The notes under the pieces are model-generated. The model saw only the letters and a list, made by a program, of their open reading frames with translations, was not told the DNA's origin and ran no database searches. The position numbers and the translations under genes are program-made. Shown here in pieces: positions 1-10,306 of a stretch of DNA of 64,000 nucleotides (positions within the stretch are counted from its first letter, which is position 1; each line of letters begins with the position of its first letter). Source of the stretch: Candidatus Latescibacterota bacterium (GTDB lineage: Bacteria; Latescibacterota; UBA2968); contig OZ240241.1 in assembly GCA_965198115.1 (NCBI GenBank), positions 1,344,001-1,408,000 on the forward strand. Direction: 5' to 3'.

Positions 1-471
1 TCCAGAGGGGATACTCGGACACTCAAAGCACTGGAGAAGGCGAACTACCGAATCTATAGAGCCTGGAGACTCAAGGACGAGTTCGAGCAGTTCTGGGAAT
101 ACAAAGCGCCCTGGGCTGCCGAACGCTTCCTGAAATGCTGGACGACGTCCGCACTCAGAAGTCGACTTGAACCCCTGCGAAAGTTCGTCAGGACCCTGCG
201 ACAGCACTTCTTCGGCGTCCTCGCATTCGTGAACACGCGTCTTACCAACGCCATCGCCGAAGGCCTCAACCGAATCGTCCAAATCGTCAAGAACCGAGCC
301 AGCGGATTCCGCACACTCGACGCATTCAACGATATGATCTTCCTTACCGTCGGAGACATAAACATCCCTGAGCAGATTCCGAAGAGGTTCCGCACACGCT
401 AACCGCGCCCCCATGCCAGGAACCACGGCACCTTCACCCACTTCATCTCGTTGAGAGATCCGGATATAGCC
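1..471 (+). mobile_element. ISL3-family insertion sequence, 3' part (window edge)
   Basis: Nearly identical to the 3' end of the complete copies at 33592, 48426 and 55489; transposase stop at 400-402; right IR ...GAGAGATCCGGATATAGCC ends at 471. Confidence 0.95.
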
Positions 472-984
472 ATAAATATACAGGCTTGGCTTCCTTCTCG
501 ATTGCATGTTGTTTTAACAGATTCCGTGCCCTGTGGAGACTTGTCGGTCCCGTTTCGTCTCATCGGCGCGTCATCACGGAATCCATTTTCAGCGATGACC
601 CCTATTTATCTTTCTCGTAGATCGTTCTCACGAAATACAACGTAAACTTTCGAACATTTATAATTACTCCTTTTCATTCAATTTCGGGGATGCGAATCCG
701 ATTATGGATACTTGTTTATTTTTTACTGTTCACCCATCGGGCAATGGCTTCCTTCCAAGATTCGATTGATTCCGGCGTTTTCTCAAGCAGTAATATGACC
801 ACCGATTCCGCTTGAAGGCTTGCTTGGGCTGTATGCCGACCGGTACCTGTTGGACAGTGCTGTTGTCGCATTTCTCCTTGTAGAGGATGGCCCACGCTGA
901 ATCTTCCAGTTCGATCTTGTCTGGAAGCTCCGCGACCTGCTGCTGCACCGTTTCTTTGTTGAAGAAAGGGCACGCGTCGACGTG

Positions 985-1365
985 CCCTACCCGTCCGGAC
1001 CCGTTCACCGAGGTTTGGCCGGAGGTTCGCGCACATCTGGAAGTGAACCCCGGGCTGGAAGCCAAGACGCTGTTCATCCATCTCCAGCGGACCTATCCGG
1101 GCCGCTTCCAGGACGGCCAGCTCCGGACACTGCAGCGCAGGGTCAAGACCTAGCGTGGACTGGAGGGACCCTCGCGCGAAGTGTTCTTCCCGCAGGTGCA
1201 CAAGCCCGGCGATCTCAGTCAGTCCGACTTCACCGACTTCTCCCCGTTGGGTGTGACGATCTGCGGCCAGCCCTTCGAGCATCTCGTCTACCATTTCGTG
1301 CTGACGTACTCGAACTGGGAGAGCGCGACGATCTGCTTTTCGGAGAGCTTCGAGGCGCTCTCTTC
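985..1365 (+). pseudogene. IS21-like transposase internal fragment
   Basis: RPDPFTEVWPEV...LEAKTLF...GQLRTLQRRVK*...EVFFPQVH.PG...QSDFT...LVYHFVLTYSNWE; in-frame TAG at 1151-1153; both ends missing. Confidence 0.75.
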
Positions 1366-1629
1366 CTGTCCCCAGCTGGTTTCTGCGTGTTTCGCCACAA
1401 TCAGGTAGTTTCGAATCATCGTTCGACCTCTGTCGCTGCTGATGTGGGTGTAGCCAGGTTGTGGTGATCTTCGCTCGATCAACTCCCCGGACGAAAAACA
1501 TCGCTTCCCATCACTTACACGCGTCTTGACAAGATGGGGTGTTTCGGACTCCCAATAGCAGCGGTAGGGAATCCCTCGATGTTGGAGCTCCAGATCTGCA
1601 TCCTCACAGCCTCGATGGCGAGAAACAAA

Positions 1630-2190
1630 TCAGGGGAACCGCGGATAGGCCGCGATGAGGTCCTCGACGAAGCGGTTGCTCTGACACCACGTGAGCCCCT
1701 TCGGACTCACTCGAGAGAGTTGCCGCTCGATGCGGTCGCGGATCCTTTGTGTTTTCCACAGCTTCGTGCGCCCCACGCGAATCGCCCGAATGGCGGTGAC
1801 GGCGACGGTTGTGCTGGGCTCGTACTTGCAGACCACCTCGGCCATCGCCTGGATCTTGGGGACGTGGGGGAGACGCCCCAGCTCCGTCAGCAACGTCGGT
1901 TTCTTCCCCCACGACGTTTCCTCCGCACGGATCGGGTCCCAGATAAACCGGTATCGTGGGGGAATTCCCAGGGGCTTCTCGCCACCCAGCGCGATGTAGG
2001 CGCGACGTGCGTAGAGCGTGTTGACATCCTGCTGCCGGCTCACGCCGCGCGTCCCGGTCAGAAGCCGCGCCTGGGACAGCTGCTTCTTGTCCTTGAACAT
2101 GGACTTTGGTTCCGGCGTCTTTGCGCGCGCTTTCTTCTTTTTCACACGCCGCTTTCTCTTCTTGCCTGGATGTTTGGCTGGTCCTTTCAT
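1630..2190 (-). CDS. Basic hypothetical protein, paralog of 53529..54127
   Basis: ATG at 2190 after a purine-rich RBS-like run; Lys/Arg-rich N-terminus; shares TRGVSRQQ..NTLYA, PRYRF.WD, TSW.KKPTLL.ELGRL and PSTTVAVT.IRA.RVG with the second copy. Confidence 0.7.
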   Translation of the reverse strand: MKGPAKHPGKKRKRRVKKKKARAKTPEPKSMFKDKKQLSQARLLTGTRGVSRQQDVNTLYARRAYIALGGEKPLGIPPRYRFIWDPIRAEETSWGKKPTLLTELGRLPHVPKIQAMAEVVCKYEPSTTVAVTAIRAIRVGRTKLWKTQRIRDRIERQLSRVSPKGLTWCQSNRFVEDLIAAYPRFP

Positions 2191-2400
2191 ACTGACCCCC
2201 TTCCCTTCCTCGTGGCCAGGTGCCCTCTCGCTCGAAGAGGGCTTTCCTGACGCGCACAGAGTCGACACTGGGAAGGGCAACTCGTTCGTCCGGGCAACGG
2301 TATCGATCAACAGCCGGATCGAGGCCACGTCCTTTGGGACGGCAATCGGCAGACCCGATGTGCGTCTCCTTTTCTTTGGGTTGGCACTCGTTCTCACCAT
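2191..2400 (-). pseudogene. N-terminal remnant of a paralog of the 419-aa protein at 54170..55429
   Basis: KKRRRTSGLPIAVPKDVASIRLLIDTVARTNELP and, after a frameshift, RVRKALFEREGTWPRGR match KKRRATSGLCVAVSEDVRAIRQLIDRVVRTGELP...RVREALQEREDTWPRGR. Confidence 0.65.
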
Positions 2401-2640
2401 TCCGTTGCCCTTCCGGGCGAAGGCATGCGCGATGCGCGCAAGGTTCTTCGCGGCAGACCCCGTCTCTCCGATCGCGCGGGGGACGACCGGATCACCGGCA
2501 CCCAAACGCCAGAAGCTACGAAGAAAAATAACTTTGGCGACAGGACGTTGGCGAAATGATTTTTCTGTTCGGACAACTCCGCTTTTTCGTGCCCGGTTCC
2601 CACCCCAAAGAACACCACAATAAACGCCCTATATAACTGT

Positions 2641-2922
2641 TTATAATATGTTAACCGTTCTTCGTAAGTCCATGATTTTCCAGAAAATGGGGTCAATTAG
2701 TGGAGGCAAAGGCCGCACTACTGAGGTGACAACCCCCATAAGCGCGAGAACCATCGTCACTATGGCTCCCGCCACAAATCTTTGGTGGGCCTCCAGGTTC
2801 GAGACCCGCTTCTCAATCTGATCAACTTGTGCAGCTGTCGTAATTATGACCTTGTCCACGCTTTCTGCTATACGACGGTCAATAAGCTCGTCGCAGATCC
2901 CCTCAACCCGTACTGCTTTCAT
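2641..2922 (-). CDS. Small coiled-coil protein with a C-terminal transmembrane helix
   Basis: VDQIEKRVSNLEAHQRF followed by hydrophobic VAGAIVTMVLALMGVV; lower GC than the flanks. Confidence 0.5.
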   Translation of the reverse strand: MKAVRVEGICDELIDRRIAESVDKVIITTAAQVDQIEKRVSNLEAHQRFVAGAIVTMVLALMGVVTSVVRPLPPLIDPIFWKIMDLRRTVNIL

Positions 2923-3097
2923 ATTTCTTCCCCATAGCCCGGGACGATATCCCGTCACCGATGTTAGCCATTAGGATGTCAGTTTCGCAGGGAGTTGCTC
3001 TACTTCTTTGGGGAATCGCATGGGGATGCGACGGAGTGAGATTTCAAGCCGTGAGGGGCTGCACGGCGAAGGCCGTAGGGAAGCCTTTGCAAACGAT

Positions 3098-3322
3098 TTA
3101 GTAGAAGACTATCTCCCGCTCCTTTCGTTCAGAGCCTTCTCGGATAATAAGGGACGACTCAGGATCGTCTTCCAACTTCGAGGCGACGAGTCCGAGTTTT
3201 ATAAATTTTCGAAGAAGCTCGACGACCGAGATGGCTCTGCGGTCTGCTTCTCCCTTCAACTCCTCGTACAACGGTGTCGGAAGAGCAAGGTTGTAGCGTT
3301 TAACATCGGTCTGTTGCGTCAC
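3098..3322 (-). CDS. Ribbon-helix-helix (CopG-like) DNA-binding protein
   Basis: 74 aa; KRYNLALP (beta strand) TPLYEELKGEADRR AISVVELLRKFIKLG (two helices); RBS GGAGG upstream of GTG. Confidence 0.7.
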   Translation of the reverse strand: MTQQTDVKRYNLALPTPLYEELKGEADRRAISVVELLRKFIKLGLVASKLEDDPESSLIIREGSERKEREIVFY

Positions 3323-3435
3323 GGCCGGAGCCTCCGAATGTGGGGAGATATATCGTGGAGATTCGCGGCCGCATTGATACGACCGTATAGTTGGGCGGCA
3401 CGCAAAGCTTTGGGGGTCTGTCCGCCTCGTGTCAC

Positions 3436-3464
3436 ATTATATGGTAGGAGGGTATCGGCGTCAA
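3436..3464 (-). promoter_or_regulatory. Near-consensus sigma70 promoter
   Basis: Minus strand TTGACG-17 nt-TATAAT, pointing at the RHH gene. Confidence 0.75.
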
Positions 3465-3973
3465 CACATAAAATACACATAATTTATGTATATTGTTGTG
3501 TTACAATTTATGATTCCCCCGTGCGACCCGTTATAGTGCGCTCGAGGGTCCTCCTAACCAGCCTCTGACCCGACCCGTTGAGTTTTTCAGCTATTCAGGC
3601 GCTAGACCTTATGTATTCTGATCGGACCCGATGAAAAATGAGCAGACTCCTATATCAGATCAAGTGCTCTCAGCGCAGATCAGGGCAAGAATGGTGGAGA
3701 GGCTATCGAGGGCTACCACCAAGACTTGCTGGTCCGTATCAAATCGAAGCCCTCAACCCGAACCAGACCGGCGGAAACGAACAGTGAAGCCTGACGAAGA
3801 GATGACGACATAGAGCTGCTCCACGAACAGAAAGTGCGCGAGTTGGAGTGCATCTATGACCGCGAGGCTGCTGGCGAGGATCTGCGGAATGCGACGGAAG
3901 GAGCTGGAGGTGGAGACGTTGTGGGCGCTTTTGGTGGGGGAGATAAAGCGGCACTACAACAGGAGGACGATGA

Positions 3974-4428
3974 ATGAAGAGCAGGCACTGGCGCATCTAC
4001 CACTTCTCGGGCGCACGAGCGATATGGGAACGGTTTCGACCACCAGATGATCCGATAAACGCCCCGAAACCTGCGACTGGCATACCTTGGCTGATAGCCG
4101 CGTATGTGGCTGTCTTCGGACTGGCCACAACGAGATACGAGAACCGTGGGGATGTGATAGAGACACGCGCAAACTTCATATTGATGCAGATGGCCACACC
4201 AAACTGGAGGCGAGCACTCATCGATGTGGGTCAGATTCAGGCAACACGCTGTCCCGAAAAGCCGGACCTCTTTTGGCCGCCATCGGTAATTCGATCGCTC
4301 ATCTGGAGTGACTCGATCCACGTTGACACTGTAGACCAGCTGACAGGAATCGTGGCGGCCAGGAGGGATTCTCTTGATGGTGTTAATCTGTCCGAAACAA
4401 GACTCCGGGGCGGTCAATTCATGCTTGC
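3974..4428 (+). pseudogene. Probable pentapeptide-repeat membrane protein truncated by IS21
   Basis: TM segment WLIAAYVAVFGLA, then the start of pentapeptide-like SLDGVNLSETRLRGGQF, cut by the IS end at 4429. Confidence 0.5.
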
Positions 4429-5147
4429 TGCGTATTTCGTAGGAAAGTTGCCACTCAGTTCGGTCCAAAGTTGCCAGTGACTTCGGAGTAAAGTTGCCAC
4501 TGATTTCGGTCTGAAAGTTTCCATTTTTCGGCTGATTCCGAAACAGGTGGCAACAATGTGCCGGAATGGCACGCGGCGCTGGATAATCGGTGCACGGTAC
4601 CTTCGCAGAAAAGGAGGTGCCGATGGCGCGGCCATAGGCCGTAGGAGGTTATCCATGCGCAGGACATCAGAGATTCTGCGCCTCAAGTACGAGGTTGGAC
4701 TGAGCAACCGGCAGATCGCCCGCAGTTGTGGTCTGACGCACACGACGGTGTCGAACTACCTGTCGCGTGTGAAGAAGGCTGGTCTTTGTTGGCCCCTTTC
4801 CGAGGAGCTGGATGAAGACCAGTTTCAGGCGCTGCTCTTTCCGAACACATCCGAAGACTTCCAGCCGACTCGAACACTGCCGGATATGGATCGGATCCAC
4901 AAGGAGCTGCGTCGCAAGCACGTGACACTGCGGCTTCTGTGGGAGGAGTATCGCGCCGATTGCCCGGAAGGCTACGGATACACGCAGTTCTGTGAGTATT
5001 ACAAGCGCTGGAAGTCCAAGCTCGACGTGACGTTGCGACAGCGTCACGTGGCCGGCGAAAAGATGTTCGTGGATTGGGCAGGACAACCCCTCAAGAGAAA
5101 AAATCCGCACACCGGGGATGATTGTCCCGCCTTCCTGTTCGTGGCAC
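4429..5147 (+). mobile_element. istA: IS21-family element, left end and 5' part of istA (truncated)
   Basis: Begins TGCGTATTTCG with multiple ~22-bp TTCGGnnnAAAGTTGCCA subterminal repeats; MRRTSEILRL-HTH...LLWEEY...GYGYTQFCEYY...RQRHVAGEKMFVDWAG; stops abruptly (junction position approximate). Confidence 0.88.
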
Positions 5148-5980
5148 CCAGAGATGTGGGTGTGTCAACTATGTTATTGCCATCAGAAGACCAGAAGGCG
5201 ATTTTCTACTACAATCCCCTTCGACTGATTGGAATGAATGGCAAGAAGGACCTCGATCAAGACGCTCATCGTCGAACCGTGCTGCCCGCCTTCCATCGTA
5301 CATCGTGTTGCTTCCCGAATGCGTGGCGATTCCTCGCGAATCTACCCAGCTATGTCGCCTCAATCGACGAGCGCAGCCTCTACATCAATCTCTACTCCAG
5401 TGCGGAATTAGATGTACAGCTGAGTGAGCGAACGCGAGGAGCCGTGAGGATCGACACGGCCTATCCTGATTCAGGCACGATTTCAATCGAGGTTGACGTT
5501 AAACAGCCGACGAAGCTCGATCTTCATCTGCGAATACCGCAGTGGGCGTCGCGTGCGTGCGTAGAAGTGGCTGGAAGCAAAACCGCCTGCGAACGAGGAT
5601 CGTATCACGTGATTCGGCAGGTGTGGAAGGGGAATACGACCGTGACTTTAGAGCTGGGTGAGAGCTGGCGAGTCGTTCTTCCTCATCCCGATGTCGACGC
5701 CAACCGGGATCAGGTTGCACTCGGTCACGGGCCGATCATCTACTGCGTCGACCAATCGGACACGGAGATCCCTCTCGATCGTCTTGCGATCCCGTCGTCA
5801 GCGGCTGACGACTTCACGCCGGAGGTGAACGTTGACACCGATGGCTATCAGATCGCATCGGTTCCGATGATCGATCTGGAAACTTCGCAAAGCGCGTCGA
5901 TAAAGATGAGACCCTACTATGCACGCGGACGAATCGGAACATTCGCTGAATGGGCGACCTGGCTCCCCGTCGCGAAGTGA
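5148..5980 (+). pseudogene. Glycoside hydrolase family 127 (beta-L-arabinofuranosidase-like), C-terminal fragment
   Basis: FYYNPL, SCCFPNAWRFLANL, LYINLY, TAYP, LRIPQWA, GPIIYC and PYY motifs; the N-terminal catalytic part is replaced by istA. Confidence 0.8.
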
Positions 5981-5985
5981 CCCAG

Positions 5986-7887
5986 TCATCCGCTTGTCGC
6001 TACGACACCCAGAATCGCAGCACCATACTTCTCCAGCTTCGCCGGTCCGATTCCGTGGGCAAGCGTGAGATCGTCTTCGTGCGCCGGACGCGTCGAAGCA
6101 ATGTCCCGCAAAGTCCGATCACTCGCGACCACGTAGGGCGGTACGTGCTCCTTCCGCGCGGTTTCGAGCCGCCATTTACGCAGCGCCTCGAACACCTCCG
6201 TGCCCTTTTCATCAAGAACCGACCCATCATCATCCCGACCGGGAGATGTGCGACGACGGGAACCCTTGGCCGCGACCGGTGTCGTTCGCTCAGGTGGCAG
6301 AAGCAATCGTGCCGGTCGTCGCTCGTGAATCACGTCCTGACCTTCCTCCGTGACAACGACGACGGGCCGCTGACCGCCGCGAAAGTCGACCCACCCCGCA
6401 GTCACGCATCGGCGTAGCAGCTTTAGCAGCCAATCCTCATCGTATTCGGATAACGTCCCGAAGGTCGGTGTCTTCCCAAGTCCAGACCATTCAAGACGTT
6501 CGTCATCCGTTCCGCACAAAAGCTTGGCCGCCAGGTGGATACCGAATCGTCCGTGGACGCGTGCCACACCGCACAGCGCTTTCCGAACGATAGTCGTCAC
6601 TTCCTCCGACTCACCGTGGCCGTCATCCATGTTCAGGCACACGTCGCATCGGCCACATCCGGACAGCGTCTCCTCCTCATCACCGAAGTAACGTAGAATC
6701 GCATCGTGTCGGCAGCTTCCGCCTTCCGCCCATCGCATCAGCTCGAGGAAGAGGTTCCACTTGTGCCGAACGACATTCTCGTCGGGCACACGGCCATCCG
6801 CATCACTCTCGATCAGGAACCGGCGAAGCGCCATATCACCGGGTGATGTCAACAATGCGCAAACGGCATCCTCACCGTCCCGCCCTGCTCGACCCGCCTC
6901 CTGATAGTAGGCCTCGACAGATCCCGGTGGTGCCAGATGGACGATGCACCGCACGTCGTGACGATCGATCCCCATTCCAAACGCGTTCGTCGCCACCACA
7001 ACTTCGACATCGCCCTTCGCAAACGCGGTCTGAACGCGATCTCGCGTCTCTCCATCCATCCCCGCGTGATAGGCTTCTGCGCGCCAGCCAATGTCCCTCA
7101 ATCGATCCGCTTCTTCCTCGGTCCGTTTCCGTGTCGGACTGTAGACGATCGCGGTCCCCTTCTCACTGCCAGGACGGTCCAGGCACTCGCGCAGCAAAAG
7201 ATCGACACGTGTGCGTGACTCCGCCTTCCCCTGAATCTCGTGGACTCGCAGAGCCAAGTTCGGTCGCGCAAATCCACGAACCAGCTGTGTCGTATCGGCC
7301 GGCAACCCCAATCGCTCGAGGATTTCGTCCCGCACGATCGGCGTTGCCGTCGCCGTGCAGGCCAGGATCCGGGCCGACGGCAGATCGCTCAACAGCTCGC
7401 CGATGCGCATATAGTCTGGTCTGAAGTCGTGCCCCCATTCGCTGATGCAATGCGCCTCGTCGACCGCCACGAGCGGACAATCGATCCGCCCCAGCATCGC
7501 TCGGAATCCTTCGAACGAGAGCCGTTCCGGCGCCACGTAGATCAGCTTGTAGGCGCCTCGAGACGCTTCGTCCACCCGCTTCCTCATCTCGTCGCCGTCG
7601 AGGGTCCCTGCCAGATATGTCGCGGAAACACCCCGCTCCTCCAGGGCGCGCACCTGATCGTGCATCAGTGCGATCAACGGTGACACGACAAGCGTCGTAC
7701 CGGGCAACAGCGCCGCAGGCAACTGATACGTCAGGCTCTTCCCGCCTCCCGTCGGTGCGACGAGGAGAAGCCGTCCCGAGTCTAACAGGATCTCGATTGC
7801 TTCTCGCTGACCCGGCAGGAATTGCTCGAATCCGAGCGTCTCTAAACCGGATTCAACCGTGATTTCATCTTGCACGACACCACCCAT
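5986..7887 (-). CDS. recQ: RecQ-family ATP-dependent DNA helicase
   Basis: PTGGGKS, VDEAHCISEWGHDFRP, TATAT, ATNAFGMGID, YYQEAGRAGRDG, Zn-binding CR...CGRCDVC, RQC and HRDC (VPPYVVASDRTL). Confidence 0.95.
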   Translation of the reverse strand: MGGVVQDEITVESGLETLGFEQFLPGQREAIEILLDSGRLLLVAPTGGGKSLTYQLPAALLPGTTLVVSPLIALMHDQVRALEERGVSATYLAGTLDGDEMRKRVDEASRGAYKLIYVAPERLSFEGFRAMLGRIDCPLVAVDEAHCISEWGHDFRPDYMRIGELLSDLPSARILACTATATPIVRDEILERLGLPADTTQLVRGFARPNLALRVHEIQGKAESRTRVDLLLRECLDRPGSEKGTAIVYSPTRKRTEEEADRLRDIGWRAEAYHAGMDGETRDRVQTAFAKGDVEVVVATNAFGMGIDRHDVRCIVHLAPPGSVEAYYQEAGRAGRDGEDAVCALLTSPGDMALRRFLIESDADGRVPDENVVRHKWNLFLELMRWAEGGSCRHDAILRYFGDEEETLSGCGRCDVCLNMDDGHGESEEVTTIVRKALCGVARVHGRFGIHLAAKLLCGTDDERLEWSGLGKTPTFGTLSEYDEDWLLKLLRRCVTAGWVDFRGGQRPVVVVTEEGQDVIHERRPARLLLPPERTTPVAAKGSRRRTSPGRDDDGSVLDEKGTEVFEALRKWRLETARKEHVPPYVVASDRTLRDIASTRPAHEDDLTLAHGIGPAKLEKYGAAILGVVATSG

Positions 7888-8076
7888 CCTATCCCCCGTT
7901 TCTACAGATGCGATACGTTCGATATGACAGCCTACCCTTCTTCCTTTTCACTTCTATCTTCTCACCTCTGGCTACGGCCACAGGCCAATCAGAGCATAGT
8001 CAAGTTGACCAGAATGACAAGCCGACACCCTGTCTGGTGGGAGAATCGGCGTAACTGACTGAATCCGGGGGGAGAA

Positions 8077-8946
8077 TCAGGAAAATGTAGCGTGGCGACG
8101 GAGCGTTCGCCGGGCGCGTTCGATCACGGGAGCGTCGACCATTTTGCCTTCGTGCGAGAATGCACCCGCGTTCGGATGGGCACCAGCCGCGCTCACAACA
8201 CTCTGCGCCGCCGCTACCTCATCGAGGGAGGGTTGGAACGTATCGTTCAGTACTTCGACCTGGTTCGGATGGATGCAGAAACCGCCTTCGAAACCGAGCG
8301 CTCTGGCGCGTACTGCCCAGGATCGAAAGAGCTCAACGTCCTTGTAAACACCGATCGAACCGAGATACCCGATCGGCGTGACGCCGGCTTCCCGCGCCGC
8401 GTATAGCGTCTGCATCGCCGGGAAGTAGAGCGCATCGGCATCGACCGTCCCCCCGACATCAGCGATCAGATCCTCCATCCCGAACCCCATCGCCACTAGC
8501 CGGGGAGTCGATTTCGCAATGTCGCGCGCATTCAGGACGCCCTTCGCGGACTCGATCTGTGCGATCAGACGAATCTCTCCAGCATCGATGCCCCGCTCGG
8601 CTTCCAGAACGGAAACCGCTGCATTGACAGCGATCAGCACCTCGCCGGAATCCACTTTGGGAATCGTCAAGGCAGACAGGCCTTCGCCGACCACGGCATC
8701 CAGATCTTTCGACAGCAGAGTGGCATCCAGGTTGAGCCGAACGGCTCCGACCCGCCCCTCCGCGGACATGACTGACACCGCAAGCCGCGCAGCCTCTCGG
8801 GCCTCCGTCTTCCGGTCCGGAGGGACCGAATCCTCGAGATCGACCTGGATGACGTCCGCGTTGCCACGCAACGCGCTGTCCAGATAACGCTCGTTCCCCG
8901 CCGGTACGAAAAGCAGTGATCGACAGATGTCAGGATTCAGTTTCAT
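8077..8946 (-). CDS. CoA ester lyase, CitE/HpcH-HpaI family
   Basis: RSLLFVPA, DLEDSV, IPKV, IESAKG, CIHPNQV, GKMVDAPV. Confidence 0.92.
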   Translation of the reverse strand: MKLNPDICRSLLFVPAGNERYLDSALRGNADVIQVDLEDSVPPDRKTEAREAARLAVSVMSAEGRVGAVRLNLDATLLSKDLDAVVGEGLSALTIPKVDSGEVLIAVNAAVSVLEAERGIDAGEIRLIAQIESAKGVLNARDIAKSTPRLVAMGFGMEDLIADVGGTVDADALYFPAMQTLYAAREAGVTPIGYLGSIGVYKDVELFRSWAVRARALGFEGGFCIHPNQVEVLNDTFQPSLDEVAAAQSVVSAAGAHPNAGAFSHEGKMVDAPVIERARRTLRRHATFS

Positions 8947-9051
8947 ATCCTTGAGTCCTACCGGACGACCACGTCAGTTCGAGCGGAGTCGAGAACTCGT
9001 GCCTCGCATCGTCCCGTCTTTTATTCGCAGTCGGGAGACCGCTCCCACCGG

Positions 9052-10212
9052 CTATCGTTCGCGGATGATCTCCAGTATCTCGTCAGTATGCTCCCCCAAC
9101 TTGGGGGCGGCACGTGAAACCTTTCCTGGCGTTCCAGAAAGCCTGGGAACAGGAGTGGGTAAAGAGCAGGATCCGACATCGTCGTCCGCCAACGCCGTGA
9201 ACAGCCCTCTCCCCTCCGCATACGGATGTCCCACGAGGTCGCCTGCCGAAAGCACGGGGGCAATCGTCACACCCGCCTCTTCCATCGTCGCGAGGTTTTC
9301 GTCAAGCGTTCGAGCACCTAAGTATCTTGACAGAATCTCGTTCAGCGCGTCACAGTTTCGTAATCTGTCTTCGTTCGTCAAGAATCTTGCGTCTTCAATC
9401 AGGTCCGGTCGGCCGATCGTCTTCGCCAGCCGCTCGAACATCGACTGCACGGAGGCGGAGAGTGCCACGTACTTGCCATCCGCACTTACGTAGACATTGC
9501 GTGGCGCCGTGATGACAGCTTGATTGCCCATCCGTGTGCTCGAGCGACCGGTCGCTTCGAATTTCACTGCTTCTGACGCAAGCGTCGAGTAAATGCTTTC
9601 GAACAAGGCAACATCGACAACCTGACCTGTTCCGTCACCGTGCTCGATATTCCGCAACGCCGCAAGCACGCCAAAGGCGCCGTAGATACCGGCATACATA
9701 TCCGCCATCGCCATCGGAGGCAAAACCGGTTCCCGGTCGGGGAATCCGTTTAAATTCGCAAACCCCGACATCGCCTCGACCAGCGTCCCGAATCCGGGTT
9801 TGTGAGCGTACGGACCCGTCTGCCCCCAGCCGCTGACACGAGCGATGATCAGCCGCGGATTGATCTCGTGCAGGACGTCCACACCCAGCCCCATCTCCTC
9901 GAGCTTGCCGGGCACGAAGTTCTCCACGAACACATCGCTCACGGCCACCAGCCCCTTCAAATTCTTGATCGACGCCGCATCTTTCAGGTCTAACACCAGG
10001 CTCCTCTTGCCCCGCCCGTAGACCTTCCACCACGTCTCCACGCCGTCATCCGTCCAGTGGCGCAGATCGTCCCCTCGCCCCGGCCGCTCGATTTTGATCA
10101 CATCCGCTCCAAAATCGGCCAGCACGACCGTCAGCACGTTCCCCGCAACCAGACGGGATAGATCGAGGACGCGAATATCGTCAAGAGGCTTCCTGTTGCT
10201 GTCTTCTGCCAT
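9052..10212 (-). CDS. CaiB/BaiF family (class III) CoA-transferase
   Basis: PLDDIRVLDLS, LADFGADVIKIE, DVFVENFVPG, SGWGQTGP, APKLGEHT; start taken at ATG 10212. Confidence 0.93.
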   Translation of the reverse strand: MAEDSNRKPLDDIRVLDLSRLVAGNVLTVVLADFGADVIKIERPGRGDDLRHWTDDGVETWWKVYGRGKRSLVLDLKDAASIKNLKGLVAVSDVFVENFVPGKLEEMGLGVDVLHEINPRLIIARVSGWGQTGPYAHKPGFGTLVEAMSGFANLNGFPDREPVLPPMAMADMYAGIYGAFGVLAALRNIEHGDGTGQVVDVALFESIYSTLASEAVKFEATGRSSTRMGNQAVITAPRNVYVSADGKYVALSASVQSMFERLAKTIGRPDLIEDARFLTNEDRLRNCDALNEILSRYLGARTLDENLATMEEAGVTIAPVLSAGDLVGHPYAEGRGLFTALADDDVGSCSLPTPVPRLSGTPGKVSRAAPKLGEHTDEILEIIRER

Positions 10213-10306
10213 CCGTCCCCTGTCATCTACAAACTGAAGAAACAGTTCGCGGCCGGGAGGTCGCTCCCACCGGTTGGGGTATCTTCGTGTCTTCGTGTTT
10301 CGTTTT

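Noticed and set aside
4429-4545. ~22-bp repeats TTCGGnnnAAAGTTGCCA as a mini-CRISPR or iterons
   Set aside because: No unique spacers and no cas genes; they are the multiple subterminal repeats typical of an IS21 left end, directly before istA.
4547-5980. 477-aa ORF as a novel transposase-glycosidase fusion
   Set aside because: Both halves are truncated (istA stops just after the first catalytic Asp; GH127 lacks most of its barrel); best explained as a chance in-frame deletion junction.
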